Source: Escherichia phage vB_EcoP_PAS59. From it: a DNA stretch of 64,000 nucleotides. Shown one piece after another: positions 27,007 through 35,290 of the stretch; the first letter of the stretch is position 1; every line of letters starts with the position of its first letter. The position numbers and the translations under genes are program-made. The stretch lies in the sequence record OQ921332.1; one strand, written 5' to 3'. The notes below the pieces were generated by a model. It ran no database searches and was not told where the DNA came from. It worked only from the letters and a program-made list of their open reading frames with translations.

Positions 27007-28479
27007 ATGATTAAGATTCCATTATCTGAATTGAACCTTCAAGAAGGAGAAGCCCTCAGTGTAGGGCTTGACCTGATTCGTAATTTGATCAGAGATAACG
27101 TAGTCCCTGATGGCATCTATCCTGTTATTGCAGGTGGTGCTATCCGTGATACGTTCTTTCAAAATAGAACTCCGAATGATGTTGATATCTTCCTAGTTCA
27201 AGGAGGATTACGTTGGAACGCTCGTCAGGAAAATAGCCCTGCTAACGTAGGTAATGCTGCACTTTTCCTTGACAACTTCTTATCTTGGACAGAAAGTAAA
27301 GGGCTTCAGGTTACATCTCGACTAATTCAGCCTGTTAACGGGACAACCTATGCTGAAGCGCTTTTCACTTTCCAAGAGATTCTGGAAATCGAGATTGATC
27401 AAGTTAAAATCCAGATGATGATTAATCTACCTTTGGATATGGATACTTTAAGCCGTCGCTTCCCTATGATCTGTCAAGGGTTTATGACTCTTGGTAATCT
27501 GTATGTGTCAAACGAAGGTTTGTTTGCAATGTCATACACTCGTGACATTCCTGTGGTGTCCAGTCGTGAAATGAAGTATGTTCACAAGAAGTGGCCTGAA
27601 GCAACTGTTGCAGTTTATAGCAGTTCTACCGAATATATGCACCTTGCAATGGGAGCTTTCGGTGAGCCAGAAGTTCACCTGATTAGTGATTTAGTTGGAC
27701 CTATGGCTGGTGTAAATTTATATCAGAATCAGCGTCGTCATTATACCCTGAAGATGATGGAAACTACATTAAACATTCCTCAGGAAAGGGGTCGTAGTTA
27801 TCTGGACGAGGAAGTTAACCTACAGACAGAATGGTCTAGTGGATTAACCACTATAGGTGCTGAAGCAATTACACGACCTTGGACTCCGGGAACTAACAGA
27901 CGAGATCTTCAAGCTTTTAATGAAGAAACTTCTCGAACTGTTCGAGGAGGTGTTGTAGGGTATAACGTACAACCTCATGAAAGACCTCGTGATACTTTCA
28001 CTGGTAGTTTTGGTAGTGCACACTCTTCTGGAATGGATACTCGTACATGGCATGTCCAAGGAGGAACTGCTCGTCCTATTCCCTCTCCGTCAATGGATGA
28101 TTTGCAGCGTTCTCGTCGTTCATGGGAAACAGTAAGCTCTGTTGTTCAGGGTCTACGTGCTAGTGATATTGAACGTGTAGAAGTTGGTGATTTGCCAACC
28201 TCTACAGAAGATCGAGTATCAGCTATAGCGGCTCGTGAAGCTGCTCATATTGGTTTTGCATCATTAGCTAATGACGCTAACGAAGCTCCTCGACCTGTTG
28301 GTCGTCGTAATGGTCTAGCTCACTCTGACACTGCACTTGGTGCAGAACTACGAGCAGCAGCTCGTGAGCTATCTGGTGAGCTTCACAACAACCTGGCAGG
28401 TGTTACACTATCTCGTGAAACAGCTCGTAATATGATTAATAATTTGGCATCATCTGTACAAGGAAACAGAAACTCATGA
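27007..28479 (+). CDS. Pol-beta superfamily nucleotidyltransferase (CCA-adding/poly(A) polymerase-like head) with low-complexity C-terminal half
   Basis: ORF track; GGAIRDTFFQNRTPNDVDIF matches the GGxVRD...DxD signature. Confidence 0.5.
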   Translation: MIKIPLSELNLQEGEALSVGLDLIRNLIRDNVVPDGIYPVIAGGAIRDTFFQNRTPNDVDIFLVQGGLRWNARQENSPANVGNAALFLDNFLSWTESKGLQVTSRLIQPVNGTTYAEALFTFQEILEIEIDQVKIQMMINLPLDMDTLSRRFPMICQGFMTLGNLYVSNEGLFAMSYTRDIPVVSSREMKYVHKKWPEATVAVYSSSTEYMHLAMGAFGEPEVHLISDLVGPMAGVNLYQNQRRHYTLKMMETTLNIPQERGRSYLDEEVNLQTEWSSGLTTIGAEAITRPWTPGTNRRDLQAFNEETSRTVRGGVVGYNVQPHERPRDTFTGSFGSAHSSGMDTRTWHVQGGTARPIPSPSMDDLQRSRRSWETVSSVVQGLRASDIERVEVGDLPTSTEDRVSAIAAREAAHIGFASLANDANEAPRPVGRRNGLAHSDTALGAELRAAARELSGELHNNLAGVTLSRETARNMINNLASSVQGNRNS

Positions 28480-29009
28480 GTCTTTTAGGTTCTCAAGAAT
28501 TACACAGCGTTATTGATAATGGCTTTTTAGATGCGGAGCATAAATATGTTAACGCTGCTAGTGTGGATATCCGTATTGGTGATACTATCCTTGTTGAAGA
28601 GCAGGCTGATGGTATTGTTGACATTGATGCTAAAGAAAACCTCAAGTGGAAAGAAGTAAAAATCCCTGAAGATGGTATCGTTATCACTCCGGGACAGTTC
28701 TTCTTAGCTCACTCAATGGAAGAGTTTAACCTTCCAGACAATATTTCAAGTCTGTTTGTACTCCGCTCCTCAATGGCTCGTTGTGGTTTAAACCATCTCC
28801 ATGCTGGTTGGGCTGATGCAGGGTTTAATAACAGTAAGCTGACCTTTGAGTTCCATAACGTTACTCACAATCACAGCTTACGAGTTCGTGCTGGGATGCG
28901 TGTCGGTCAAATGGTTATGTTTGAACACTCTCACGCTGGTGATGATTCCTATGCAGTGAAGGGTCGTTATAACAACTCCGATGGGGTTGTTGCTTCTAAA
29001 GGTGTATAA
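28476..29009 (+). CDS. dcd: dCTP deaminase / dUTPase-superfamily protein
   Basis: ORF track; AASVDIRIGD and RSSMARCGL resemble Dcd motifs. Confidence 0.6.
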   Translation: MSLLGSQELHSVIDNGFLDAEHKYVNAASVDIRIGDTILVEEQADGIVDIDAKENLKWKEVKIPEDGIVITPGQFFLAHSMEEFNLPDNISSLFVLRSSMARCGLNHLHAGWADAGFNNSKLTFEFHNVTHNHSLRVRAGMRVGQMVMFEHSHAGDDSYAVKGRYNNSDGVVASKGV

Positions 29010-29027
29010 CTGATGGAGTTTGGAACA

Positions 29028-29225
29028 ATGAAAAGACGTTGGGTTGTTCGTGTTCACTGGAGCAGTGGTACAGAATCAATGGGTATCAGAAACACTCGTC
29101 AAGAAGCTCGCGCTCATAAGAAGTTCCTATTAAGCTGCGAAAGTACTATTGACAAGATCACTATCCACAAAGCTCAGGACTTTAAATCAGGTCGTTTCTA
29201 TATCAGCGGAAAGGTACATTACTAA
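29028..29225 (+). CDS. small protein (tandem paralog 1, ends KVHY)
   Basis: internal ATG of ORF track 29013..29225; W.VRV.W...TRQEAR shared with next gene. Confidence 0.4.
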   Translation: MKRRWVVRVHWSSGTESMGIRNTRQEARAHKKFLLSCESTIDKITIHKAQDFKSGRFYISGKVHY

Positions 29226-29431
29226 TGGCTAAATTATGGGCAGTTCGTGTTAAATGGGCTAACAAAGATCTCGGTGGTGACTGTCTTAAATTATTCGACA
29301 CACGACAAGAAGCTCGTCTTGCTAAGAAAGCTACAAAAGCTTTAGGACTCGCTGAAAAAGTGGATATTCATCGCTGGTTTCAAAATGATAATAACAGTGC
29401 TGGGTCCTTGACTAGCAAGGTCCACTACTAG
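29225..29431 (+). CDS. small protein (tandem paralog 2, ends KVHY)
   Basis: ORF track. Confidence 0.4.
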   Translation: MAKLWAVRVKWANKDLGGDCLKLFDTRQEARLAKKATKALGLAEKVDIHRWFQNDNNSAGSLTSKVHY

Positions 29432-29501
29432 TTGGTAGTAGATATGATAACTCTCAAATGTATATACAGTATAAGAATATTGTATGAAACAGGAGAGAGT
29501 T

Positions 29502-29831
29502 ATGTTAGATTTGAGTAAAGTGGCCCCGCCATCTGAAGAGATTAGCAAAGCTAAAGTTATGCAGCAGTTCTATCATCGTGACATGCTTGGTCGTTATATC
29601 AAGAATCGTGATGTTGTTGCATGGTCTATTGGAAACCAAGGCTATCTTCTCAAAGTGTTGCAAGTTACTGGCTCAACAGCCAAGCGAGTCAAAGTCTATG
29701 ACCCTGAGATGGGGCGTTCTAAATCGGTAGACCCACAGAATTGCATTGTTATTACACAGCAGGTCATGGATAACATTGCTCGTAATGTAGCTAATTCAAC
29801 TAACTTAGAAGGGGATGCACCTAATGCATAA
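29502..29831 (+). CDS. hypothetical protein
   Basis: internal ATG of ORF track 29484..29831 behind AGGAGAGAG. Confidence 0.4.
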   Translation: MLDLSKVAPPSEEISKAKVMQQFYHRDMLGRYIKNRDVVAWSIGNQGYLLKVLQVTGSTAKRVKVYDPEMGRSKSVDPQNCIVITQQVMDNIARNVANSTNLEGDAPNA

Positions 29832-29919
29832 TAATGTCTTCGACTTACCAGAACTAACAAGAGTGGGTTCTAGTAATCCATTCTCTACTACTGATTCTTC
29901 TATCTCTCGTCTTGAGGGA

Positions 29920-30390
29920 ATGAATAAACTGATTAGCAGTAACAGCCTAGAGCACATTCTTTGTGGTGTGCAGGCTAACCTTGAACTTCTACACATCAAA
30001 GCAAAGAACTACCACTGGAACGTCTCTGGAGCTGGTTTCCAAGGTGTTCATGGGATGTTCGATGAGTTAGAAGATTATGCTCGTGAGGCAGGCGACCGAA
30101 TAGCAGAGCGTATGCGCTTCCATTGTGTTAAGGTGGATGCCACTGCTAGTAACTATTTAGGTCACGCTTGGTTCCGAGAAGGTAACGCTGATCTCGACAT
30201 GGACGGTATGCTTTCCGACATGTGCATGACTCTTATGTGTATCATTGAGAAGATGGACGAGTTTGATTCAGACTTGTGCACCTATCCAGTTGATCAGAGT
30301 ATGCTTCAAGAAATTAATGAAGGTCTTGGCAAGTTCTGTTACTTTGTCAAGAGCAACATGTCCCACTCTGGTGGTGATGTGTCTTACTAA
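29920..30390 (+). CDS. Dps-like ferritin-fold protein (start could be as early as 29815)
   Basis: ORF track 29815..30390; HIKAKNYHWNVSGAGFQGVHGMFDE...DRIAERMRF aligns with the Dps ferroxidase region. Confidence 0.5.
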   Translation: MNKLISSNSLEHILCGVQANLELLHIKAKNYHWNVSGAGFQGVHGMFDELEDYAREAGDRIAERMRFHCVKVDATASNYLGHAWFREGNADLDMDGMLSDMCMTLMCIIEKMDEFDSDLCTYPVDQSMLQEINEGLGKFCYFVKSNMSHSGGDVSY

Positions 30391-30453
30391 TCAAACCTCC
30401 GCCCTGTCTCGTTTGTTCAAGAGGTGGGGCGAACTTTTTATAAGGATGTGAAT

Positions 30454-30633
30454 ATGTTTTCAGCAATCGTATGGTCTGTGTGGGCAATTCTTGTTGGCGG
30501 TATCGTTTATCTGGCTCAGAAGCAGATGCTTAAAGAGAATCCGAATGATGCCAAACCTATTAAACATGGTAGCATTGCTCTGGTAGTTTTCTCTGTTGTC
30601 ATTCCTTTCCTTCTCCACCTGTTGACTGCATAA
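30454..30633 (+). CDS. small membrane protein (tandem paralog 1)
   Basis: internal ATG of ORF track 30424..30633; IVW.VW.I.VG.VIY...KENP. Confidence 0.4.
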   Translation: MFSAIVWSVWAILVGGIVYLAQKQMLKENPNDAKPIKHGSIALVVFSVVIPFLLHLLTA

Positions 30634-30642
30634 GGGTTTGAT

Positions 30643-30828
30643 ATGATTTCACTGATTGTGTGGGCCGTGTGGTCGTTAATAGTTGGTACTGTTATATATA
30701 AAGCTCGAAATTTAGCAATTAAAGAAAACCCAGCAGAAGAGGATGTTAAAGCTATCAAGCTAGGTAGTGTTGTTCTGGTACATTTTGCTATAACACTACC
30801 TCTTGTTATTATTCTTTGTATGCTATAA
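30643..30828 (+). CDS. small membrane protein (tandem paralog 2)
   Basis: ORF track. Confidence 0.4.
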   Translation: MISLIVWAVWSLIVGTVIYKARNLAIKENPAEEDVKAIKLGSVVLVHFAITLPLVIILCML

Positions 30829-31018
30829 GGAACCCAAAGAGTGAAACTAAACCTACCTGAAGAATTACAAGCACATGCCATTATCGTTAGTGGCTGTGTG
30901 ATGGGTCTTGGTCAGACAAAGAAGATTGCTCATGACTTAGCAAAAGGTCAGTATAAATCTTTTATTGTTGTTCCTGCTACCCAGCGTCATATCAATCTGT
31001 TTATTAACAAGGAATAGA

Positions 31019-31294
31019 ATGAGTAAAGTAATTAAGTTTTATAGTGATCAGTGTGCTCCATGTAAAGCAATGGCTCCTACCTTTGAGAAGGTTGTTAAGG
31101 AGTTTGATGTAGAAGTGGAAGAGATTAACATCCTTGAAGGTGATGGTCGTGAACAAGCTGTTAAGTATGGTGTACGAAGTATCCCTGCTTTCGTTGTGCC
31201 TGACCGTAACAGTGGTGCACACTACAGCCTCTCCGGTATGCAGACTGAAGCAAACCTGAAAGCATTTTTGGATACAGCTCTAGGCAATAAATAA
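31019..31294 (+). CDS. thioredoxin
   Basis: internal ATG of ORF track 30965..31294 behind AAGGA; CAPCK active site; YGVRSIPAFVV and LKAFLDTALG align with E. coli TrxA. Confidence 0.75.
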   Translation: MSKVIKFYSDQCAPCKAMAPTFEKVVKEFDVEVEEINILEGDGREQAVKYGVRSIPAFVVPDRNSGAHYSLSGMQTEANLKAFLDTALGNK

Positions 31295-31309
31295 TAAGGG
31301 TATTCACGG

Positions 31310-31801
31310 ATGAATAATATTGACCCGTCAATAAAAGAAGCTCTTGATTACGACCCTTTGACTGGAGATTTCCGATGGGTTAAAACTTATGGAAAAGGAC
31401 ACAAAGGGTCTATAGCTGGTTCTGTAAATACCAATGGGTATTTGAGAATCGTTTATAAAGGTGCTAGATACTACGCTCATCGACTTGCTTACTGGTGGGA
31501 CACTGGATTGCTTCCTGAAGAAGTAGATCACATAGACCGCAACAGGATAAACAACAAAAGAGAGAATCTTAGGGGGACTACTAGATCAGGAAATGGCCTA
31601 AACAAAGTAGCTCAGAGTAATAATTTATCAACCGGAGTGATTGGAGTGACTGTCCATAGAAGGAAAAGTGGCTCTATTGCTTACCGGGCGGTATTTAAAT
31701 CTAAGCACATAGGACTCTTCTCAACCATAGAAGAAGCCTCTAGGGAATATAATAAAGTCAAGGAGACTTACATAAATGACAATCAAAGCTTCATTAATTG
31801 A
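31310..31801 (+). CDS. HNH homing endonuclease (HNH + AP2-like)
   Basis: ORF track; AHRLAYWWDTGLLPEEVDHIDRNRINNKRENLR; paralogous to 42242, 45226, 46618; overlaps ThyX start. Confidence 0.7.
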   Translation: MNNIDPSIKEALDYDPLTGDFRWVKTYGKGHKGSIAGSVNTNGYLRIVYKGARYYAHRLAYWWDTGLLPEEVDHIDRNRINNKRENLRGTTRSGNGLNKVAQSNNLSTGVIGVTVHRRKSGSIAYRAVFKSKHIGLFSTIEEASREYNKVKETYINDNQSFIN

Positions 31802-32423
31802 TAACTTCGGTTCAGATCTTACAGTAGTCAATGCTGCTCGTGTAACTATGGGGGTAGAAAGGGAAGAATTAAAAGAAAGTGACACTCGTCTAATAAATTT
31901 TCTAGCTCGGGAACGGCACGTAAGTCCTTTTCGTCACCCACAAGCGAGCTTCAGATGCGAAGCTCCTATAGCAATTGCACGACAGTTACAGAAGCATCAA
32001 GTTGGTTTTTCTTGGAACGAGATGAGTCGTAGATATAAAGATGGAGCAGTGGATATTTTCATACCTAAAGAAATCTTCTCCCGTCCAGATGATCTACATT
32101 CTGGTTCTGGAATACTTCTTGAAGGGGAGGAAGAGGCAAAAGCTTTAGCTTTGTTTAACTCTGCGTACGAGGCATCTCTTGCTAGTTATGACGAATTGAT
32201 TAAGTTCGTAGCTCCTGAACAAGCTAGATTTGTTTTACCTCAAGGTATGGTAACTACTTGGTACTGGACTGGTAGCTTGTATGGCTGGTTTGAATTGTGT
32301 CGTCAACGACTATCATCCCATGCTCAATATGAAGTTCGACTATTTGCTCAGTCATTAGATGAAGAGATGGCTAAACTCTATCCAATCTCATGGGCAGCTT
32401 TGAAGAAAACTTTGGAGAGTTAA
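31776..32423 (+). CDS. thyX: flavin-dependent thymidylate synthase (ThyX-like)
   Basis: ORF track; RBS AAGGAGA; RHPQASFR and RLSSHAQYEVR motifs. Confidence 0.6.
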   Translation: MTIKASLIDNFGSDLTVVNAARVTMGVEREELKESDTRLINFLARERHVSPFRHPQASFRCEAPIAIARQLQKHQVGFSWNEMSRRYKDGAVDIFIPKEIFSRPDDLHSGSGILLEGEEEAKALALFNSAYEASLASYDELIKFVAPEQARFVLPQGMVTTWYWTGSLYGWFELCRQRLSSHAQYEVRLFAQSLDEEMAKLYPISWAALKKTLES

Positions 32424-32568
32424 TTTTGGAAGAAAACGATGATGATGTTTTCTGTACACGGTGCGGTATGACAGTTGATGATGCTTACGACCCTACAGTA
32501 GAGATTTGTCCTTGCTGCGGAGTTTGTGAGTATTGTTGTAGTCACAATTCAGATGAATAGGTAAAACT

Positions 32569-32754
32569 GTGGACTTATACAAAACATGTAGCTTCTGTCA
32601 AAAGCAGAAGCTTCTTATCAACTTCAAGCTGAACGAGGAAACAGGTTTGGGTCATGCTTTTTGTCATGATTGCAGACACTACCTTGAACAGAAACAATAT
32701 ATAAACTGGTTGCATTATTTCAACCCCAGCATCTACGAGCACAAGGTTATCTAA
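32569..32754 (+). CDS. small Cys/His zinc-finger-like protein
   Basis: ORF track. Confidence 0.35.
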   Translation: MDLYKTCSFCQKQKLLINFKLNEETGLGHAFCHDCRHYLEQKQYINWLHYFNPSIYEHKVI

Positions 32755-33075
32755 ATGATCAACGATAGTACATTTAGGACTGGTAACGGAAATGAAATCA
32801 GTCCTGCTGAAGTGATTAAACGACACAGAACACAGATGCTTATCCACTCCTATTTGTATTATTGGTTGGATGACCCAATCTGGTCTGACGATAAGTGGCA
32901 ACAAGTGGCTGATGACTTAACCACCTTGCAAGAGATGTATCCTGAGCCTATTGGATTCTTCGATTCAGAGTTCAATGGATGGAATGGCTCCACTGGTATG
33001 CATCTTCCTCATGACGAGCGTATAGCTTGTATGGCTACTGAAGTATACCGTTTACATAAGGACAAATCAATCTGA
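32755..33075 (+). CDS. hypothetical protein
   Basis: ORF track. Confidence 0.45.
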   Translation: MINDSTFRTGNGNEISPAEVIKRHRTQMLIHSYLYYWLDDPIWSDDKWQQVADDLTTLQEMYPEPIGFFDSEFNGWNGSTGMHLPHDERIACMATEVYRLHKDKSI

Positions 33076-33257
33076 AATGTTTTAAATGTGAATCAACTCT
33101 TCTCCATTTGGACTCGAAAGTAATACGGGAGCTTGCCAAAGGCTCCCCGACTAAAGGGAAGAATAAGAAGTTTGTCGAAATTAAGGTTATAGGTATCCAT
33201 TGCTCAGAGTGTAAATCCTGTAGCTTCTTATATGAAGAACACGGAGGTAGGAAATGA
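33072..33257 (+). CDS. candidate zinc-ribbon protein with no canonical start codon (CTG 33072 or ATC 33066 proposed)
   Basis: open frame 33060-33257 encodes CFKC...CSECKSC; stop overlaps the PhoH ATG; AAGGA 9 nt upstream of CTG. Confidence 0.3.
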   Translation: MKCFKCESTLLHLDSKVIRELAKGSPTKGKNKKFVEIKVIGIHCSECKSCSFLYEEHGGRK

Positions 33258-33991
33258 GTCGTAGAGAATCTCGGAAAGCATCACGGAGAGAATTACGTCG
33301 TGAAGCTCTCGTCACCAAGAAAGGAAAGCGGGAATTTGAAGAAGTAGTTCTTGCTAAGCCGGTAGTACCTCAGAACCAATTCCAGAGTGAGCTGCTTGAT
33401 GCAATTAAAACCAAACAGGTTGTATTCACAGATGCTCCTGCTGGCTGTGGTAAGACATTCGTAATCACTTCTACAGTGATCGATGCTCTGAAGAGTGGGA
33501 AGATTGAGAAGATTATCCTAAGCCGACCTGCTGTTGGTATGGGTAACAGTCTAGGATTACTTCCCGGTGGGCTTCGTGAGAAATTTGAACCATACCTGAT
33601 GCCAATTGTTGATGTTATCACTCAGCGTTATGGTAAAGGCTTCTATGAGTGTCAAATTGGTAATGGTAACATTGAGTTTGTACCTCTGGAATACCTCCGT
33701 GGCCGTTCATTCAACGATGCTATTGTGATTGTTGATGAGTTCCAGAATACCACTCCTGATGAAGCATATTCAATTATGACTCGTCTTGGTGAAACCTCTC
33801 AGATGTTCTGTATGGGGGACACCAATCAGCACGATATGCGTGGTGAGAGTGGTCTAGATTGGGCTACTGATTTCATATACCGTCACAAATTGTTTGAATT
33901 TGCCGCTCTAGTAGATGGTGAATCGGATGATATTGTTCGTTCAGGTTTCTGTAAAGCTATTGTCAAAGCAATGGAATCTGAAAAATCATAA
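33254..33991 (+). CDS. phoH: PhoH-like ATPase
   Basis: ORF track; Walker A AGCGKTF; Walker B VIVDEFQN. Confidence 0.8.
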   Translation: MSRRESRKASRRELRREALVTKKGKREFEEVVLAKPVVPQNQFQSELLDAIKTKQVVFTDAPAGCGKTFVITSTVIDALKSGKIEKIILSRPAVGMGNSLGLLPGGLREKFEPYLMPIVDVITQRYGKGFYECQIGNGNIEFVPLEYLRGRSFNDAIVIVDEFQNTTPDEAYSIMTRLGETSQMFCMGDTNQHDMRGESGLDWATDFIYRHKLFEFAALVDGESDDIVRSGFCKAIVKAMESEKS

Positions 33992-33993
33992 AC

Positions 33994-34004
33994 ATAATGT
34001 ATAC
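33994..34004 (+). promoter_or_regulatory. candidate phage-sigma promoter motif ATAATGTATAC
   Basis: member of the recurring TAATGTATA motif set; ~32 nt upstream of ATG 34036. Confidence 0.4.
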
Positions 34005-34035
34005 TCCTTAGTGTACACTGATATATTAAGGAGTT

Positions 34036-34353
34036 ATGATGACCGATAAGGCGAAAAGAGATTATGCACAAGAACGAAGAACTGCAATCAAACGTGGGGA
34101 GACAGGTGTTGGTAGCAAGAGCGGAGATGCTCAGCGCCACCGTGCACGTCGCATCGTTGAAAAACGCGATGGAAAAGCTGCTGTCCGAGGTAAAGATGTT
34201 GGACACAAACGATCAATCAAGTCGGGAGGTTCTAATGCGTCAAGTAACTTACGTGTTGAATCAGTCTCTCGAAATCGCTCGAACGGCGGCAAAAGTGGAG
34301 ATCGTGCTGGAAAATCAGCAGGCGGTCGCAAAGGAGCTTTAAGCTCAAGCTAA
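34036..34353 (+). CDS. highly basic Lys/Arg/Gly/Ser-rich protein (an alternative helical ORF exists in another frame, 34064..34342)
   Basis: ORF track; RBS AAGGAG before ATG 34036. Confidence 0.4.
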   Translation: MMTDKAKRDYAQERRTAIKRGETGVGSKSGDAQRHRARRIVEKRDGKAAVRGKDVGHKRSIKSGGSNASSNLRVESVSRNRSNGGKSGDRAGKSAGGRKGALSSS

Positions 34354-34357
34354 TATA

Positions 34358-34388
34358 AGGCTACCCATTTCGGGTGGCCTTTTCTTTT
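34358..34388 (+). terminator. rho-independent terminator
   Basis: AGGCTACCC-loop-GGGTGGCCT followed by TTTTCTTTT. Confidence 0.6.
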
Positions 34389-34409
34389 ATGTAACCTAAG
34401 GTAATAAAT

Positions 34410-34661
34410 ATGTCTAAAGTAACTTATATCACTGTAACTGATTTCCTTCCTTCTCTGAACACAACTGAGAGTTATACTTTTCCTGTAGAAAATGTTACAA
34501 GCTCTGTTGAGATGATTCAGTTTAACAAAACAACAGCTCGTACTAATGTAACCCTTCGTGGCCCTGATGGCAAGTTCATCTCCTTCCGTGATAAGGGTGT
34601 TCCTAAGCGTATTGCTAAATCTATTGAAAATCTGAAACCTTTCCCCAACTTTGGTGCATAA
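34410..34661 (+). CDS. small protein (tandem paralog 1; KTARTNV...NLKPFP family)
   Basis: ORF track. Confidence 0.45.
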   Translation: MSKVTYITVTDFLPSLNTTESYTFPVENVTSSVEMIQFNKTTARTNVTLRGPDGKFISFRDKGVPKRIAKSIENLKPFPNFGA

Positions 34662-34662
34662 T

Positions 34663-34920
34663 ATGAAGATTAGCTTAATCCAAATTCGTGATCATCTCTT
34701 TAATGGTGACGCTCAGACTCATGACTACAAGGTTAATCAAGGACAACACCCTACCAATCACCTGATTGGAGGGATTTCTTTATTGCCTAATAAAACAGCA
34801 CGGACTAATGTAATGATTCGTGGTAAGGATGGTAAATTCCTCTCTTATCGTGACCCTGAAATCTGTGCTATTGTTCGTACAGCCATGAACAACCTAAAAC
34901 CATTCCCGACAGTGGAGTAA
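34663..34920 (+). CDS. small protein (tandem paralog 2)
   Basis: internal ATG of ORF track 34651..34920. Confidence 0.45.
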   Translation: MKISLIQIRDHLFNGDAQTHDYKVNQGQHPTNHLIGGISLLPNKTARTNVMIRGKDGKFLSYRDPEICAIVRTAMNNLKPFPTVE

Positions 34921-34923
34921 GTT

Positions 34924-35274
34924 ATGCCAGTACCTCAACGCCTAGAACGTCACTGCGTTCTCAAATGGGACAATATTCATGACAACCTCTCTAGTCAAGA
35001 GTTTCGTCAGTTTATTGAATTGACAGCGAAGATTAACCGAAACCGACCAGCTCGAAATTATGTGGTGGTTAGTGACAAGTATCCAGAGCTGTATGAGCAG
35101 GTGTGGGGTATGAAACTTGCACAAGTTCAGAGGAACAGTAACGAACGGAGAGAAGCTCGTAGACAGAGAGCAGAAGATATTCCAGCAGTCTTTTATGTGG
35201 ATGAAGCGGAATCCTACGAACAGTTAGATATTGTTGAGGATAACCAAGCGTTCACTGATTTAATATACCGATAA
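34924..35274 (+). CDS. hypothetical protein
   Basis: ORF track. Confidence 0.45.
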   Translation: MPVPQRLERHCVLKWDNIHDNLSSQEFRQFIELTAKINRNRPARNYVVVSDKYPELYEQVWGMKLAQVQRNSNERREARRQRAEDIPAVFYVDEAESYEQLDIVEDNQAFTDLIYR

Positions 35275-35290
35275 CTATAAGGAGTGGGTG

